Shown: positions 24,958 to 39,624 of the stretch, one piece after another | How the letters are laid out: each line of letters begins with the position of its first letter | Position numbering within the stretch: the stretch's first letter is position 1 | Assembly: GCA_038087875.1 (NCBI GenBank) | Contig: CM075992.1 | Span: 4,218,001 to 4,282,000 of the forward strand | Origin: Malacoraja senta | Taxonomy: Eukaryota | Direction of reading: 5' to 3' | DNA length: 64,000 nucleotides | The notes under the pieces: model-generated | The model's database searches: none | What the model saw: the letters and a program-made list of their open reading frames with translations, nothing else | What the model was told of the DNA's origin: nothing | Made by a program: the position numbers and the translations under genes

Positions 24958-25970
24958 CTGCAAAAAACAACCATCACAAACATAATGGCATTTTCTCTTG
25001 CTGAACATGTACAAAACTATGATGAGCCTCCGTCCCTCTTCCCATCCAGAACCACCGCCTGAAGAAGGGTCCCGACCCATAACGTCACCTATACATGTTC
25101 TCCAAAGATGCTGCCTGACCTGCTGATTTACTCCAGCATTTTGTGTCTTTTAAAAAAAAATCATTTGGTAAATGTAATCAAGAGGAAAATGTAATCAAAA
25201 AATGTAATAGAGGATCAAAGCAAGGCCAAAAGTTCTTTCAAACCAATATTTTCTATCTCAGGAATGAACTGAACATTCTTTTCTTAATTATAGGATATGT
25301 CACTCTTAACGTTAATTTTTGTTGGTGATGGCATAGAGTTATCATCCTGGACTGTTCCGTCCGTTGGTTATTGGGTAGAAAGGTCCAGTGACAACAAAGG
25401 CAAGGCCAAAATATAGTTCCATCTCAGGAAGGTGTGTGACTCGAGCAATTTGGAGAATAGAGCTAGCATCATTATACAGCAAATCCCTCACCAGTAGAGT
25501 TGCTGCCTCTATTCCTTGGAGCACAGGAGGATGAGGGGGTGATCTTATAGAGGTGTATAAAATCATGAGAGGAATAGATCGGGTAGATGCACAGAATCCC
25601 TTGTCCAGAGTAGGTGAATCAAGGACCAGAGGACATAGGTTCAAGGTGAAGGGGAAAAGATTTAATAGGAATCGGAGGAGTAACTTTTTCATACAAAGGG
25701 TGGTGGGTGTATGGAATAAGCTGCCAGAGGAGGTAGTTGAGGCTGGGACTATCCCAACGTTTAAGAAACAGTTAGACAGGTACATGGATAGGACAGGTTT
25801 GGAGGGATATGGACCAAACATGGGCAGATGGGACTAGTATAGTTGGGACATGTTGGGCGGTGTGGGCAAGTTGGACCGAAGGGCCTGTTTCCACACTATA
25901 TCACTCTATGACTAATACCATAAACCGCTAAAGGAGGTAAAGGAGTGAATGACAAACGTGAATACCACAC

Positions 25971-26127
25971 CTCTTCATGGTTCTTCCTCAGATACACCAG
26001 TTCTTCTTGCGAAGCAGTTGTATCACTTTCCATGTCCTTACAATTGCGTATATATTCCTCCTTCATTGCTTTGAGATCCATTATATCACCCTCCACCATC
26101 TGCCTGGTGTTAAATTCATTTTCATAT
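25971..26127 (-). CDS. Type I keratin, exon 3
   Basis: ttcag|A TAT GAA; encodes YENEFNTRQMVEGDI...LVYLRKNHEE; 157 nt; donor GTGTGG; phase matches exon 2. Confidence 0.95.
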
Positions 26128-27039
26128 CTGAATTGAAGATGAAGAGAATAGGGATGTTGTTTAAATTGTACATGAATGAAAGTACAATGAGCTCAAGGTA
26201 ATAAAATTGTACATTTTGGGGGGGAACTGCAGTTCATCGTCAATTGAGGCCCAAGTATAGACAACAAAGCATTATTTATTTATTTTTGTTAAATATATAC
26301 AGTATTAACCATTTCATTATACTATCAGCCCTAGCATTATCTATTGTTGTGTGTAGGAAGGAATTTGATAGATGTAATAGTGGCGTTGAAGAGGCTTTTA
26401 GATAGGCACATGGATATGTAGTTAATGGAGGGATATGGATCACATGCGGGCAGATGATGTCAATGATATTGGCATTATGTTCAGCACAGACATTGTGGGC
26501 CAAAGGCCTGTTCCTGTGCAGGAAGGAGCTGCAGATGCTGGTTTACACCGAAGATAGACACAAAATGCTGGCGAAGCTCAACGGGACAGGCAGTATCTCT
26601 GGAGAAAAGGAATGGGTGACGTTTCAGGCCGAGACCCTTCTTCAGACTGGATTAGGGGGTATTAGCTATAGGGAGAAGTCGGATAGACTTGGATCGTTTT
26701 CTCCGGCATGCCGAAGGTTTCAGGAAGACCTGGTGGACGTATATACAATTACGAGGGGCTTAGATAGCGTCGACAGTCGGAAGCCCTTTTTCACAGGAAG
26801 GAAAAATCAAATACTTAAGGGTGTCGTTTCATGCTGGGAGGAGCAAAGTTTGAAGGAAATGTAGCGGGCAACATTTTTACACAAAGAGTGGTAAGCGCTT
26901 GGAACGTAGCAGGGATTGGTGGTTGAAGCAGATATGACAGTAGCACTTTAGAGACTTTTGAATGGGCACGGATATGCACTTGGCATCATGTTGGCAAGTG
27001 TAGACTAGTTACTTTACTTACCAATGTAGTGCTTTATTA

Positions 27040-27073
<34 letters not shown>
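27040..27073. repeat. (ATT)n microsatellite
   Basis: About 11 perfect ATT units. Confidence 0.95.
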
Positions 27074-27075
<2 letters not shown>

Positions 27076-28078
27076 AGCTCCTCTACTATCACACCATTCA
27101 GCAGGAAAAATGTTCCCAATGTTGGGCGAGTCCAGAACCAGGGGCCACAGTCTTAGAATAAAGGGGAGGCCATTTAAGACTGAGGTGAGAAAAAACTTTT
27201 TCACCCAGAGAGTTGTGAATTTGTGGAATTCCCTGCCACAGAGGGCAGTGGAGGCCAAATCACTGGATGGATTTAAGAGACAGTTAGATAGAGCTCTAGG
27301 GGCTATTGGAGTCAAGGGATATGGGGAGCAGGCAGGCACGGGTTATTGATTGGGGACGATCAGCCATGATCGCAATGAATGGCGGTGCTGGCTCGAAGGG
27401 CTGAATGGCCTCCTCCTGCACCTATTTCCTATATTATCACAACCCGACATGTGCTGTTAGTTCGTACTGCTGCATGGTAGGAGTAACATGCTGTAGTGTG
27501 TCGTATTACGTTACTCAATAAATAATGTTATACCGGATCTGTGAGCATGCGTGATTTACTCAACAGCAAGGGCCTGTTCTTGTGCTATCCTAACCCATGT
27601 TTTATGTGAGAGTCTCTTCACTACACACACTGTTCAAGCAGAAGTCCGCATCACCACCGTGCAAAGAGCAACAAGCACATTGGAGAACTGAACTATCTTT
27701 AATGGGATGTTGTCTTCCACTAAATGTTGCACCCTTCATCCTTTATCTGTACACTGTGGACGACTTGATTGTAACCATGTGTCTTCTTTTCTTTGACTGG
27801 ATAGCACTCAAACAAAAGCTTTTCTATGTACCCTGATACATGTGACAATAATTAACTAAACTAAAGAAAAACCATGAAGAAACTTTGCAGATGTGTCATA
27901 AACAGCAAATTATGTATAAGCACCGTAATGTACACAATGACTATCAGAATTGTCCATTACACTGGTACGCCCATGGGAAATAAACTGATGTTGTTAATGG
28001 TGTCATGCTTTTATTTGGAAGCCCCATAATTTAAAATGTGGCTGCATTTCTGTACACATCAACAAATGGCTCACGCAC

Positions 28079-28161
28079 TTAGACTGGAAGTCTCTTGCAG
28101 CCAGGCTTGCATTATCGAGGTCCAGGGCCACCCGAGCATTTGCAAGGTGAACTTTCAAGAT
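28079..28161 (-). CDS. Type I keratin, exon 2
   Basis: ccag|ATC...; encodes ILKVHLANARVALDLDNASLAARDFQSK; 83 nt, the typical type I keratin exon 2 length; donor GTGCGT. Confidence 0.93.
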
Positions 28162-30639
28162 CTGGAGACAAAATCAGAACGAGTTACCCATGAGAACGTG
28201 CAGTTGAGTCGCTACAGTTTACGATAAGATAAGTAAGTAAGTTTATTGGCCAAGTACCCACATACAAGGAATTTGCCTTGGTGCTCCGCCCACAAGTAAC
28301 AACATGACATACAGTGACAGTTACGAATGACTCAGAAAACACTAAACATTAATAATAATAAAACACCATTGATCAAGCATGTGAACCAACAAAATACCAG
28401 ATCAAAGGGAGGCTACAGATTTTTGGCTGTTGAGTAGAGCAACTACTCGTGGATAAAAACTGTTTTTATGTCTGGCTGTGGCAGCTTTGACAGTCCGGAG
28501 TCGCCTTCCAAAGGGAAGTGATTCAAAGATTTTGTGGCCAGGGTGAGAGGGGTCAGAGATGATCTTGCCTGCTCGCTTCCTGGTCCTTGCAGTGTACAGT
28601 TCATCAATGGAGGGAAGGTTGCAGCCAATAACCTTCTCAGCTGATCGGACGATTCGTGATGCTGCCTTCATTGATGTTTGCAGCGGTAATTGGTTCCCTT
28701 GGGTCACTGCCATTTGCAGTGCAGTAGAATAGTGAAAGGCTTGGATAGAGTGGATGAGGAGAGGATGCTTCCACTAGTGGGAGAGCCTAGGACTAGAGAT
28801 CATAGCTTCAGAATTAAAGGACGTTCTTTTAGGAAGGAGATGAGGAGGAATTTCTATAGTCAGAGGGTGGTGAATCTGTGGAATTCTTTGCCACAGAAGG
28901 CTGTGGAGGCTGTCAGTGGATATTTTTAAGGTGGAGGCTCTTGATTAGTACAGGTGTCAGAGGTTATGGGGATATGTCATGCAAAGAGCAGCAGACAGAG
29001 ACAACTTCAGCAATACTTTGAAAGAGCTAAGTTATCATCATTTAAAACCACTGAAACATTAAAGTAACAGATCACTTTTGAGGTGTTGCAAAATTGAGCA
29101 TGAATTGAAAGTCATCGACTATCATTTCTTTTGGTCAAGGAAACGGCAATAACATCATAACGCTGTCTGTGGATCAGATTAAAGCTTCTTCTACACCAGT
29201 GCTCCCGTTAGATCAAATTTCACGCTTGGAGCTTCAGGTTTGACAGCATTCTAGGTTCAAAGGACCTCGTTCTCCTGACGGTTTAAGAAACAACTGCAGA
29301 TGCTGGAAAAATCGAAGGAAGATACTGTGGAACAGTATCCCTCTTCCCATCAGAACTGCCCCCTCCATCAACTCTTTTAAGTCTAGACTTAAAACTTATT
29401 TCTACTCTCAAGCCTTTCTTGAGGTCCTCTGAGGGAGCGCTGTATGTATGTATGTATTGTTAGATCTACGTACCACTGTATGTAGCATGTTAGTACCTGC
29501 ACTGATGTAAAGCACTTTGGTCAACGAGAGTTGTTTTTAAATGTGTTATAGAAATAAAATTGACTTGACTTGATAAAAATGCTGGAGAAACTCAGCGGGT
29601 GAGGCAGCATCTATGGAGCGAAGGGAAAGGTGACGTACACCCATTTCCTTCGCTCCATAGATGCTGCCTCACCCGCTGAGTTTCTCCAGCATTTTTATCT
29701 ACCTTCGTTCTCCTGACTTGTCAACCTGAATGCTAAAAGGAAGGACAGAGATTTCTAAACCTGCTCCCTCTACTTCTATCCATTTTGCTCGTAGGTCTGA
29801 ACAAGATGAAAGGCTTTAATTAACCCTGTGAAGTAATACAATTCTCTAATCCTAATAAACAGCCAAAAGTAACCTGTGCAAGAACTATCAGATTGGAGAG
29901 AGTTTCAACCTTGTTTGGCTGAGGACTCCCTCCCCCACCTTATTTGCTCCTTCTGGGCATACATTCCATAATTCCACACCATCAAATTAAGTCTGACACC
30001 ACTTCGATAAATGTAACAACATTTTGAGCATTATTAACATTTTGAAGTCCACACTTCAAAACAGCAACTGAGAGCTAAGCAGAGCAAAATTAAATTGGAT
30101 ACGTAGGAAGGAACTGCAGATGCTGGTTTATACCGAGGATAGACACCAAGTGCTAGAGTAAGGTACACAAACATGTTGGAGGAACTCAGCGGGTGCAGCA
30201 GTATCTATGGAGCGAAGGAAATAGGCAACGTTTCGGGCCGAAACCCTTCTTCAGACTGATAGGGGGGAGGGGAGGGGGAGAGGTAACTCCGGGAGTAACT
30301 GCAGGAAAATAATGTGTAACCTTTCGTCTCTGAAGAAGGGTTTCGACCCGACACCCGCCCTTTTGCTCCAGAGATGCTGCCCAAAGATCTTAGAGCAGAG
30401 ATGCTGACTGACCCGCTGAGTTATTCCAGCACTCCGTGCTTAAAATGAAATTGGAGGCAAATTACACAATTCTGAAATAAATGTAAAGCATAAACCCTGC
30501 AAAGCAAAACAATGTGTTGAGCATCGCGGTAAGAAATTAATGCAAGGAATGGGAAGTAGTGATGAGTCAAGTCAAGAGTGGTGTATTGTCATATGTCCCA
30601 GATAAGACAATGTGTGTTCTTACAAAAGTCGACTCTTAC

Positions 30640-31089
30640 CTGGTCTCTTAGGGGCTTGATGATTACATCGTAGGAGGCATAGTCAATAGGCTGCACGGCT
30701 GCGCCAACTTGGAACTGTTTCAGCTTCACTTCCAACTCTGTGTTTGATTTTTCCAGACTCTTGACCTTCTCTAGATAGATAGCCAATCTATCGTTGAGGC
30801 TAATCATGGCCTGTTTCTCATTGCCAATCAGCCCCCCTGCCCCTCCCAATGATGAGGAGCTTGCACTGTAGGAACTTGATGAGAAGCCACCTCCCGCTGA
30901 CATCCCACCACCGCCGCCTCCAAATCCATATGCACTACTGCCGCCTCCAAATGAAAACCCACTACTACTGCCCCCTCCAAATGACGACCCACCTGCCCCA
31001 AATGAACCACCACCCCCGGACCTTCTGAAGCTTCCACCACCCCCACCTGAGGACAGCCGCTGAGAGAAGCTAGTGAATTGCCGTTGCAT
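30640..31089 (-). CDS. Type I keratin, exon 1 (Gly/Ser/Phe-rich head and coil 1A)
   Basis: MQRQF...GGGGSF head, then [23 protein letters not shown] helix-initiation motif; 450 nt ending CAG|GTAAGA donor at 30639. Confidence 0.95.
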
Positions 31090-31250
31090 GATCGCTGCGC
31101 TAGATTACAACAGAAGGCAAAATATAACTCTGGCTCTCAAAGCACAAGCTGACTTTGTGCGGGCTGGTTCCGACCTCGCAGGACGGCGTTGCTGAGTTGG
31201 GTAGTCTACCGATTTCTCAACCGTCCTGTTCACCTGGCTTCTACACCAGC

Positions 31251-31303
31251 TTTTATGGCCCAGAAGATACAGGTGCTCCACCCCTCCCCTCCAATCTCAT
31301 TGG
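31251..31303 (-). promoter_or_regulatory. Keratin core promoter: TATA-like CATAAAA and CCAAT box
   Basis: Minus-strand CATAAAA at 31257-31251, about 160 nt upstream of the ATG; CCAAT on both strands in ccaatctcattgg (31291-31303). Confidence 0.6.
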
Positions 31304-34300
31304 ACTCCAAAGATCACCTTCCTCAAAGCTGACTGCCAGCAAAAAAAAACAAAAAAACAACCCCTCCCCTTGTTTTTGCTGCTTCGGTTTGCAAGTGCTG
31401 ACAGGCAACTTTTGTGTAGCATCAATCAGTTTTCAATAAATGTATTTTGATGGGTATCTTGAATTCCCACAGATCTGTCTCACATGCCCAATACTTCCAA
31501 TCACTGCCACACTCCACCCCCCTTGATCCTACCACACCTTCCTCCCCCCTCTTCCTCATTCTCATCCTCTCTGTACCCTCTGCTCTTCCCTCTCCACACC
31601 CTCTCCACACTCACCCCTCCGGTCCTTCCCACGTGTTTTAAGGTGAGAGGGCAACGTTTTCACACAGAGATCTGGGATGAGCTGCTGGGGCAGAAAATAG
31701 AAGGCAGAGATAAGACTTGTTGCCTTCCATCACCGTGAGGAGGTGCCTGGAAATTCACTGTGATGAATGTTTGTGCTAAATTGTGTTAATTGCGTGTTTT
31801 GTTGCATTTTTACTCTCAAGACTGCGTGGTACAACATTTCGTTCAAACTTGTTTGAATGACCATAAAGGAAATTCAATTCAAAAGACACCTGGGCAGGAA
31901 CATGGATAGGAAAGGTTTAGAGGGATAAGGGTGAAACACGGGCAGGTGGGACTAGTGTAGATGGGACACCGAGTGTAGATGGGCAAGCTGCTGGGTCAGT
32001 TTATAGGGCGGGGATGCTAAAGGGGGCTAATATAGAACTAGTGTGAATGGGTGATCGATGGTTGGTGTGAACTCGGTGGGTTGACGGGCCCGATTCCATG
32101 CTGTATCGTTCAATTAATCAATGTTGAACTCGACTTAAACAGACGTATGTAGGTCAGTAAGCATGGGATAAAGAATATGTCTCTGGAATGTTGGTGGTTG
32201 ATTGGAGACAATATAAAATTATGAGAGGCATAGATAGGATAGACAGTCAGAACCTTTTTCCAAGCGTGGAAATATCCAACAAAAGAGGGTATAGCCATAA
32301 GGTGAGAGGGGGGGAAATATAATGGAGTTGTGTGGGGTAAGTGTTTTACACAGAGGGTGGTGGGGGCCTGGAATGCATTACCAGGGGTGGTGGTGGAAGC
32401 AGATACAATAGAGGCGTTTAAGAAGCCTTTAGATAAGCACATGGATTTTCAGGAAATGGAGGGAAATGGGTCACTTGCAGGCAGATGAGATAAGTTCAGC
32501 TAGGCATCATGTTGAGCACAAGCACTGTGGGCCAAAGGGCCATGTTCTTCAGAGATACTGATACTAGGTTGATGCTGTGGTCAAGATGGTTGCTGGGAAG
32601 AAGCTCTACTTGAACTTAGCGGTCATGGATTTCAAATTTCTATATCGCCTTCCCGATGGTAGAAGTGAAATGAGAGCATGAAATGACAGGGTTGTGTGGA
32701 TTTTCATGATGCTGGCTGCCTTTTTGAGGCCACCCCTACTATAGATCGCTTTGATGGTGGGGAGGTCAGTATCCGTGATGGACTGGGCAGTGTTTACCAC
32801 TTTTTGCAATCTCCTTTGTTCCTGGGCGTTCGAGTTGCTGAACCAGGCCATGATGCAACCAGTCAATATGCCCTCTACCGAACACATGTAGAGGTTCAAG
32901 ATAGCATTCATCGACATTTCAAATCTCCTCAATACGATATGATATGATACAATAGAATATTTATCCCAGGAGGGAAATTGATCTGTCAACAGTTATAAAA
33001 ACTCAAAACATAAACATAAAATTAAAGTGACGAGTGGAAAGGATTGGTGATGTGATGTGCAAAGATTGGGGAGGGGGGGTGGGGGGGGGGTGAGGGGAGT
33101 CAGTCTCAGTCTACCCCATGACAGAAGGGGGAGGAGTTGTACAGTTTGATGGCCACAGGGAAGAAGGATCTCCTGTGGCGTTCTGTGCTGCATCTTGGTG
33201 GAGCCAGTCTGTTGCTCAAGGTACTCCTAAGGTTGACCAGTGTGTGTCATGGAGGGGGTGAGCTGTGTTGTCCAGGATTTTGTCCAATCTTCTAAGGAAG
33301 TAGGGACATTGATGGACATTCTTTACAATGGCATCAATATCCCGAGTTGGTGACTCCCTCCACACCAGCCTGTCGATGAAGACAGGTTCGTTATTACAAA
33401 ATTCTTAAAGGATTGGACAGGCTAGATGCGGAAAAAATGTTCCCCATGTTGGGGGAGTCCAGAATCAGGGGGGTCACAGTTTAAGAAAAAGGAGCAAACC
33501 ATTTAGGACTGAGATGAGGAAAAATCTTTTCACCCAGAGAGTTGTGAATCTGTGGAATTCTCTGCCACAGAAGGCAGTGGAGGCCGATTCACTGGATGTT
33601 TTCAAGAGAGAGATAGATTTAGCTCTTGGGGCTAAAGGAATTAAGGGATAAGGGGAGAAAGCAGGAACGGGGTACTGATTCTGGATGACCTGCCATGATC
33701 ATATTGAATGGCGGTGCTGGCTCAAAGTGCCAAATGGCTCACACCACCACCTATTTTTCCATGTTTCTACGTTTCTAAGTGATTCAGTTTTGGACAAGTG
33801 TTGACAAAGGGTGGTCATGCTTTTTCCCATGTTACAAGGTAGATCACAGTTCACTCTATCTTCCCTCTTTCCCCCGCTTGGGTTCGCACACACACTATAT
33901 TGAAAAACAAATGGAAATATATAAATTGTGCGTTCACCTTCAGGCTGGATTAACATAAGAACATTAATAAGCTGTCTAATTCCAAAGGAGAATTAGCTTT
34001 TGTTCTGCCTCGACAGGTTTTAAGTGCAAGTTTTACCAAGCCCAGAACGGTGAACCCTAGCCTAAGGTGTCAGTAAATGACTCTTCCAGTTGCCTAAAAA
34101 TAACAAGAAAAACATTTCAAAGCCCAGATTCTGAGTGCATCAATCAAGATCAGCTGGAGTTACTGACTTGGCTCAGAACAGAGGGTGGGACGTTACGATG
34201 CTGTCAGTAACTGAATGATAAGCAGATATTTTCCTTCACTCAAAAAGCTGGTGTGAAGGAGTGAACTGCAGAGAAGGAGTGAAATCAGTCTGAAGGTGGG

Positions 34301-37016
34301 CAAGAAATGCTGGAGAAACTCGGCGGGTGAGGCAGCACCTATGGAGAGAAGGAATAGGCAACGCTTCGGGTCGAGACCCTGAATGTCGCCTATTCCTTCT
34401 CTCCATAGATGCTGCCTCACCCACTGAGTTTCTCCAGCATGTTTTGTCCACCTTCGATTGTTCCAGCATCTGCAGTTCTTTCGTAAACAAATCAGCCTGA
34501 AGATGGGGCTCAACCCAAAAGCTTTTTGTGTCTTTCTTTTTGCTGCACTGCGCTCCAATAATCCCCTTCCCAAATGCTCAGAGGTCCCGATGGTTTGGCA
34601 TCTGACACGCTGAATGCCGAATCTTCACAATCTCTGTAACTCATCAGGCCTCTGTTCCCTGGCAACCTTTAAACTCACAGGGAATCAACAGTGAGTTAGC
34701 TCTTCGGGCTAAAGGAATCAAGGGATATGGGGGAAAAGGATGGAATGGGGTACCGATTTTAGATGATCAGCCATGATCATATTGAATGGTGGTGCTTCTC
34801 GAAGGGCCGAATGGCCTACTCCTGCACCTATTTTTCTATGTTTCTATGAATAAGTCCTTCACTCTCTTTAAATTCATCATGGCCCTAGTTCCCGTACTCC
34901 CTTTCAACTCACCGAGTTCTGCTTCATGAGCTCCTTGTAAACTTACAGAGAAAATTCATTATATTATTGTTGAACATGTAAAAAAGTAGCAAAGTGCACT
35001 AATAGGTGTTGAGTATTAGGTGCAAAAAGAATATTATTTGGAGTTAATCCAAAATCTACCAGTATAGCATTACTCACTGCAGCAGAATTTCACAAAGTCT
35101 CACTGTACCATTTCCTCCATAACTTTCTTTGTAAGCATTATGTAAAAACACTTTGCCTATGTTGTCCGCTTTTCTCAAACTAGAATTGTGCAATGCACAG
35201 GGGATATATTTGAGGGTGGAATTAAGTAGTTGGTAAGTTACCGTTCTAACAGCCAGAGTTCTGATCTACTGGTTCAAAGACATAAATTCCACTCCCATCA
35301 TGGAAGTTGGGGAATTTAACTATGGGTAATTAAATGAGAATGGAATTAAATTAATATTGACGACCATACTGGACTGTAAAATACCATCTGGTTTCATAAG
35401 TGCCCTTCAGGGAAGAAAATCCGCTGGTCCCATCGAGTGAGCTCCATGTAACTCCAGACTCAGCTGTTTATTATGAGAGTTATCAGACAGATAGTGAGAG
35501 TCTTTGTTCATAGTTGACAATGGCTTGGACGGATGATACATGCCAATATTACTCATGATGTTCACACCCTGTGAATGATTGAATAAATAAAAAATACATT
35601 TGCACGGACGGTGCATGTTTGCAAATTCCCTATGAAAATTTCCACACAACATTTGGTATTGTTAAAAAGAACCTGCGCTAACAAGTGAGAGATTGATTGG
35701 AAAAAAGGGCACAGAGTGCTGGAGTAACTCAATGGGGTCACGCAGCATTCCTGGAGAACGCAAATAGGTGACGTTTCAGGTCGGGATTCTTCTTCAGACT
35801 CAAAGTGCTGGTGTAACTCTGCATTTCAGGCAGCATCTCTGGAGAGCATGGATAGGTGTCATTTCGGGTCAGGGCCCTTCTTCAGATACAATGTGCTGGA
35901 ATAACTCCGTGGGTCAGGTGGCATCTCTGGAGAACATGGATAGGTAACGTTTCGGGTTGGGAGCCTTCTTCAAAGGAAATTAATCACACAGTGTCTGTGG
36001 ATAGTTCTTGGTTTACATGTCCACCCAGGTCATTTCTTCTTTCCCTGCTCCCATCCAGCAGAGGGCATAAAAGCTTGAAAACACACACCACCAGACTCGG
36101 GAACAGCCTCTTCTCCTCTGTTATCAGGCTTGTGAATGGTCCTTCCATAAGATAGGGTGCTGTCCGATTCATCTCTATCCCATTGCGGTCATAGACTTGG
36201 TCTATGGAACTGATGCTGAGAACTATATAGAAACATAGAAAATAGGTGCAGGAGGAGGCCAATTGGCCCTTCGAGACAGCACCGCCATTCATTGTGATCA
36301 TGGCTGATCGTCCCCAATCAATAACCCGTGCCTGCCTTCTCCCCATATCCCTTGATTCCACTAGCCCCTGGAGCTCTATCTAACTCTCTCTTAAATCCAT
36401 CCAGTGACTTGGCCTCCACTGCCCTCTGTGGCAGGGAATTCCACAAATTCACAACTCTCTGGGTGAAAACGATTTTTCTTACCTCAGTCTTAAATGGCCT
36501 CCCCTTTATTGTTCCATCTATTGCGCTTGAGTTTGACTTAATTGTATTTATGTATAGTATTACCTGACCCGTTTGGATGGCATGCAAAACACAGCCTTTC
36601 ACTGTACCTCGGTACACTGGACAATAATAAACATAACTCTAAACTTAAACCTACATGGTAAAGGCGAACTACGCAGAAATACCCTTCAAGGATTGTAAAC
36701 TAGTTCCTTGGTGGGATGAAATCTTGCCATTAGCAGATGGCATATATCACAAAGGAAATCTCACAGTACAAACAGCCTGAGGATATTTTCAATAGTGTTT
36801 TCCAAATGCTATTAAGGCTAATGGCTCATTTTTTGAAGATGGCAACACTGCCAATATCACAATGTCACAATAATGGCAGCAACTTTGCAACTTCTATCTG
36901 GCTTCAAATGCCTAATGCTGAAGATTTTCCATGGTGAGTAAGCCTGTACTGTACTTTAACTGGATACTGTTGGCAGCCATTGACCAGTTATGTCCGGAGA
37001 TCACTTCAACGTGACT

Positions 37017-37310
37017 ATGGTGATGCAGCGGTAGAGTTGCTGCCTTACAGCGCCAGAGACCCGGGTTCAATCCTGACTACGGGTGCTGTCTGTACGGAGT
37101 CTGTACGTTGTCCCCGTGACCGCATGGGTTTTCCCCGGGGTCTTCTGGTTTCATTCCACTCTCCAAAGACGTACAGGTTTGTAGGTCAATTGCTTCAGTC
37201 AAAATGGTAAATTGTCCCTAGTGTGTGTAGGATAGTGCTTGTGTACAGGGATCACTGATCGGCGCGGACTCGGTGGGCTGAAGGGCCTGTTTCCACATTG
37301 TACCTCTAAA
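37017..37310 (+). mobile_element. V-SINE (HE1-like)
   Basis: Full head, V domain and tail architecture. Confidence 0.85.
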
Positions 37311-38015
37311 AAAAATAATTGGCCAAAATCTCAAAGTACCCATTTTGGGAATTACCCAGAAAATGTCAGTTTTCTCCATGCGATCAGTGTAAACTTTAAA
37401 CATTGTACTAAACCATAGTCCAATGGTTCGAGAAATCTTTGGCTCCAAAACCTAATATTCTATGCATCTTCATTTTAACATGGATTTCCCAGTCCATCAT
37501 GGGAGCTGATCAATAGGATCAAGGGAACTCCAGTAAGTGCTGCTAATATCATCAAAGACCAGGTATATATCATCAAAGGATCAGGTAGACACACAGTCTC
37601 TTGTCCAGGGTTGTGGAATCGATGACCAGAGGGCATAGGTTCAAGGTAAGGTGGAAAAGATTTAATAGGAATCTGAGGGGTAACCTTTTCACATAAAGGG
37701 TGGTGGGTGTATGGAACGAGCTGCGAGAGGAGGTAGTTGAGGCTTGGACAGCTTACACCTCAGCGGTATGAATATTGACTTCTCTAACCTCAAGTAACCC
37801 TTGCTTTCCCTCTCTCTCTGTACTTCCCCCACTCCAGATCCCAATTAGTTTCACTGTCCTCCTGATTAATTTTACAGATTGAATGCCTCATTGTCACTTT
37901 CCCCTCAGCCAACAATGAGCCATTCTACATTTCCATGATCACCGTCTGCTTTGATCTGTCATTTTCACACCTTACCCTTCCATATCTCTGGTCACCCTGT
38001 TCCCTGACTCTCAGT

Positions 38016-38043
38016 CTGAAGAAGGGTCTCGACCCGAAACGTC
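38016..38043 (+). ncRNA. Minimal type I hammerhead-ribozyme-like motif (representative copy)
   Basis: CUGAAGA-A-GGGU(CUCG)ACCC-GAA-ACGU-C: core boxes, stem II, palindromic ACGU stem III and GUC triplet. Confidence 0.65.
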
Positions 38044-39624
38044 ACCAATTCCTTCTCTCCATAGATGCTGCCTGTCCCGCTGAGTTACTCTTGCATTATG
38101 TGTCCACCTTCTCCATAGATGCTGCCTGACCGGTTGTGTTACTCCAGCACTTGGTGTCCTTTTAAGCTATTCTTGAACCTGGTGGTCACGGTTTTCAGAC
38201 CCTGATACCTTCTTCTCAATGGCAGGAGTGAAATGAGAGCATGGCCAGTGTGGTGTGTGTATAAGAAGGAACTGCAGATGCTGGTTTAAACCAAAGATAG
38301 ACGCAAAAAGCTGGAGTAACTCAGCAGGACGGGCAGCATTTCTGGAGAGTAGGAATGGGTGACGTTTTGGGTCTGAAGAAGGATCTCGACCTGAAACATC
38401 ACCCATTCCTTCTCTACAGAGATACTGCCTGACCCGCTGAGTTACCCCAGCTTTTTATGTCTGCCATTGTGGTGTGGGTCTTTGATGATGCTGGCTGCCT
38501 CTTTTGTGGGTGAATCAGTTTGAAAGAATTGAATGGGTGACTCTTGCTCTGTTTTCTTTCCTGTTTATTTGTTTCTATGGCATCGGAGCCATATCTACCC
38601 CTCAAATCAGTGATCTGTTCATTGTTGTGTTGCTGTCTGTGGGAACTCATTGGGTACAGATAGTTTCACCTGCTGTCAGCATATATGGTTTGGTTTGGAA
38701 CAATTCCATGTAACTTGGAAAGAAAAACAAATTGGCAGCCCACATGGCCACATGTTCTACTGTTGGATCTTGTCCTGCAAGTTATTCGCAGACATGGAGT
38801 GTTGAGCTTCTGCAGAAGTTACTGATGCTTCTGCTAAATGAGTTGTTGGACTCAGTCCCAGCGGTATGGAAAACTAACACAAAGCTTGCAGTTTGGATGA
38901 GGGAGGGCATGCATGATCCCTGCCAAATTAACCTTGCTTGAGTCCGAAAGAGGATGTTGGTCCAGGTTGTGCAAGGAATTCTCCTTAAACTTTAGACGTT
39001 AGAGATACAGCACGGACACAGACCTTTCAGCCCACTGAGTCCATACCAACCAACGATCACCCGTACACTAGCTGCATCCTACACACTAGGAACTAGAAAT
39101 GGCTCGAAGGGCCGAATGGCCTACTCCTGCACCTTTTGTCTATTGTCTAACATTTACAGAAGCCCAATTAACCTGCACGTCGTTGGAATGGAAACTGGAG
39201 CACCCGGAGAAAAGCCAAGCGGTCACATGGAGAATGTACAAACTCCATACAGTTAGCACCCATAGTCAGGATCAAACCTGGGTCTCTGGCGCTGTGAGGC
39301 AGCAACCCTACCGCTGCGGAACTGTGTTACCCCAAATTTGTAAAAATACTTCTTGTTGGGTTCAGGATCAATTGAAGAAGGGTCCCAATCCAAAACATCA
39401 CCACTTTCCATGTCAAGGCTAAAGGACAGCTAAGAGTCAAGCACATTGATAGATTAAGAGACATTTGACTAGACTGAGCAAAAATGGTATAATAGATGGT
39501 ATCAGATGGTGATGTGTAGCACTGAAGCAGATGGGCTTACTGATAGTTTTGTAGCCAAATACATAGATTGTTCGTGATTTGGCCATTTCAGTTCATGCAA
39601 CATTTACTCAAGCATTCTACCACG

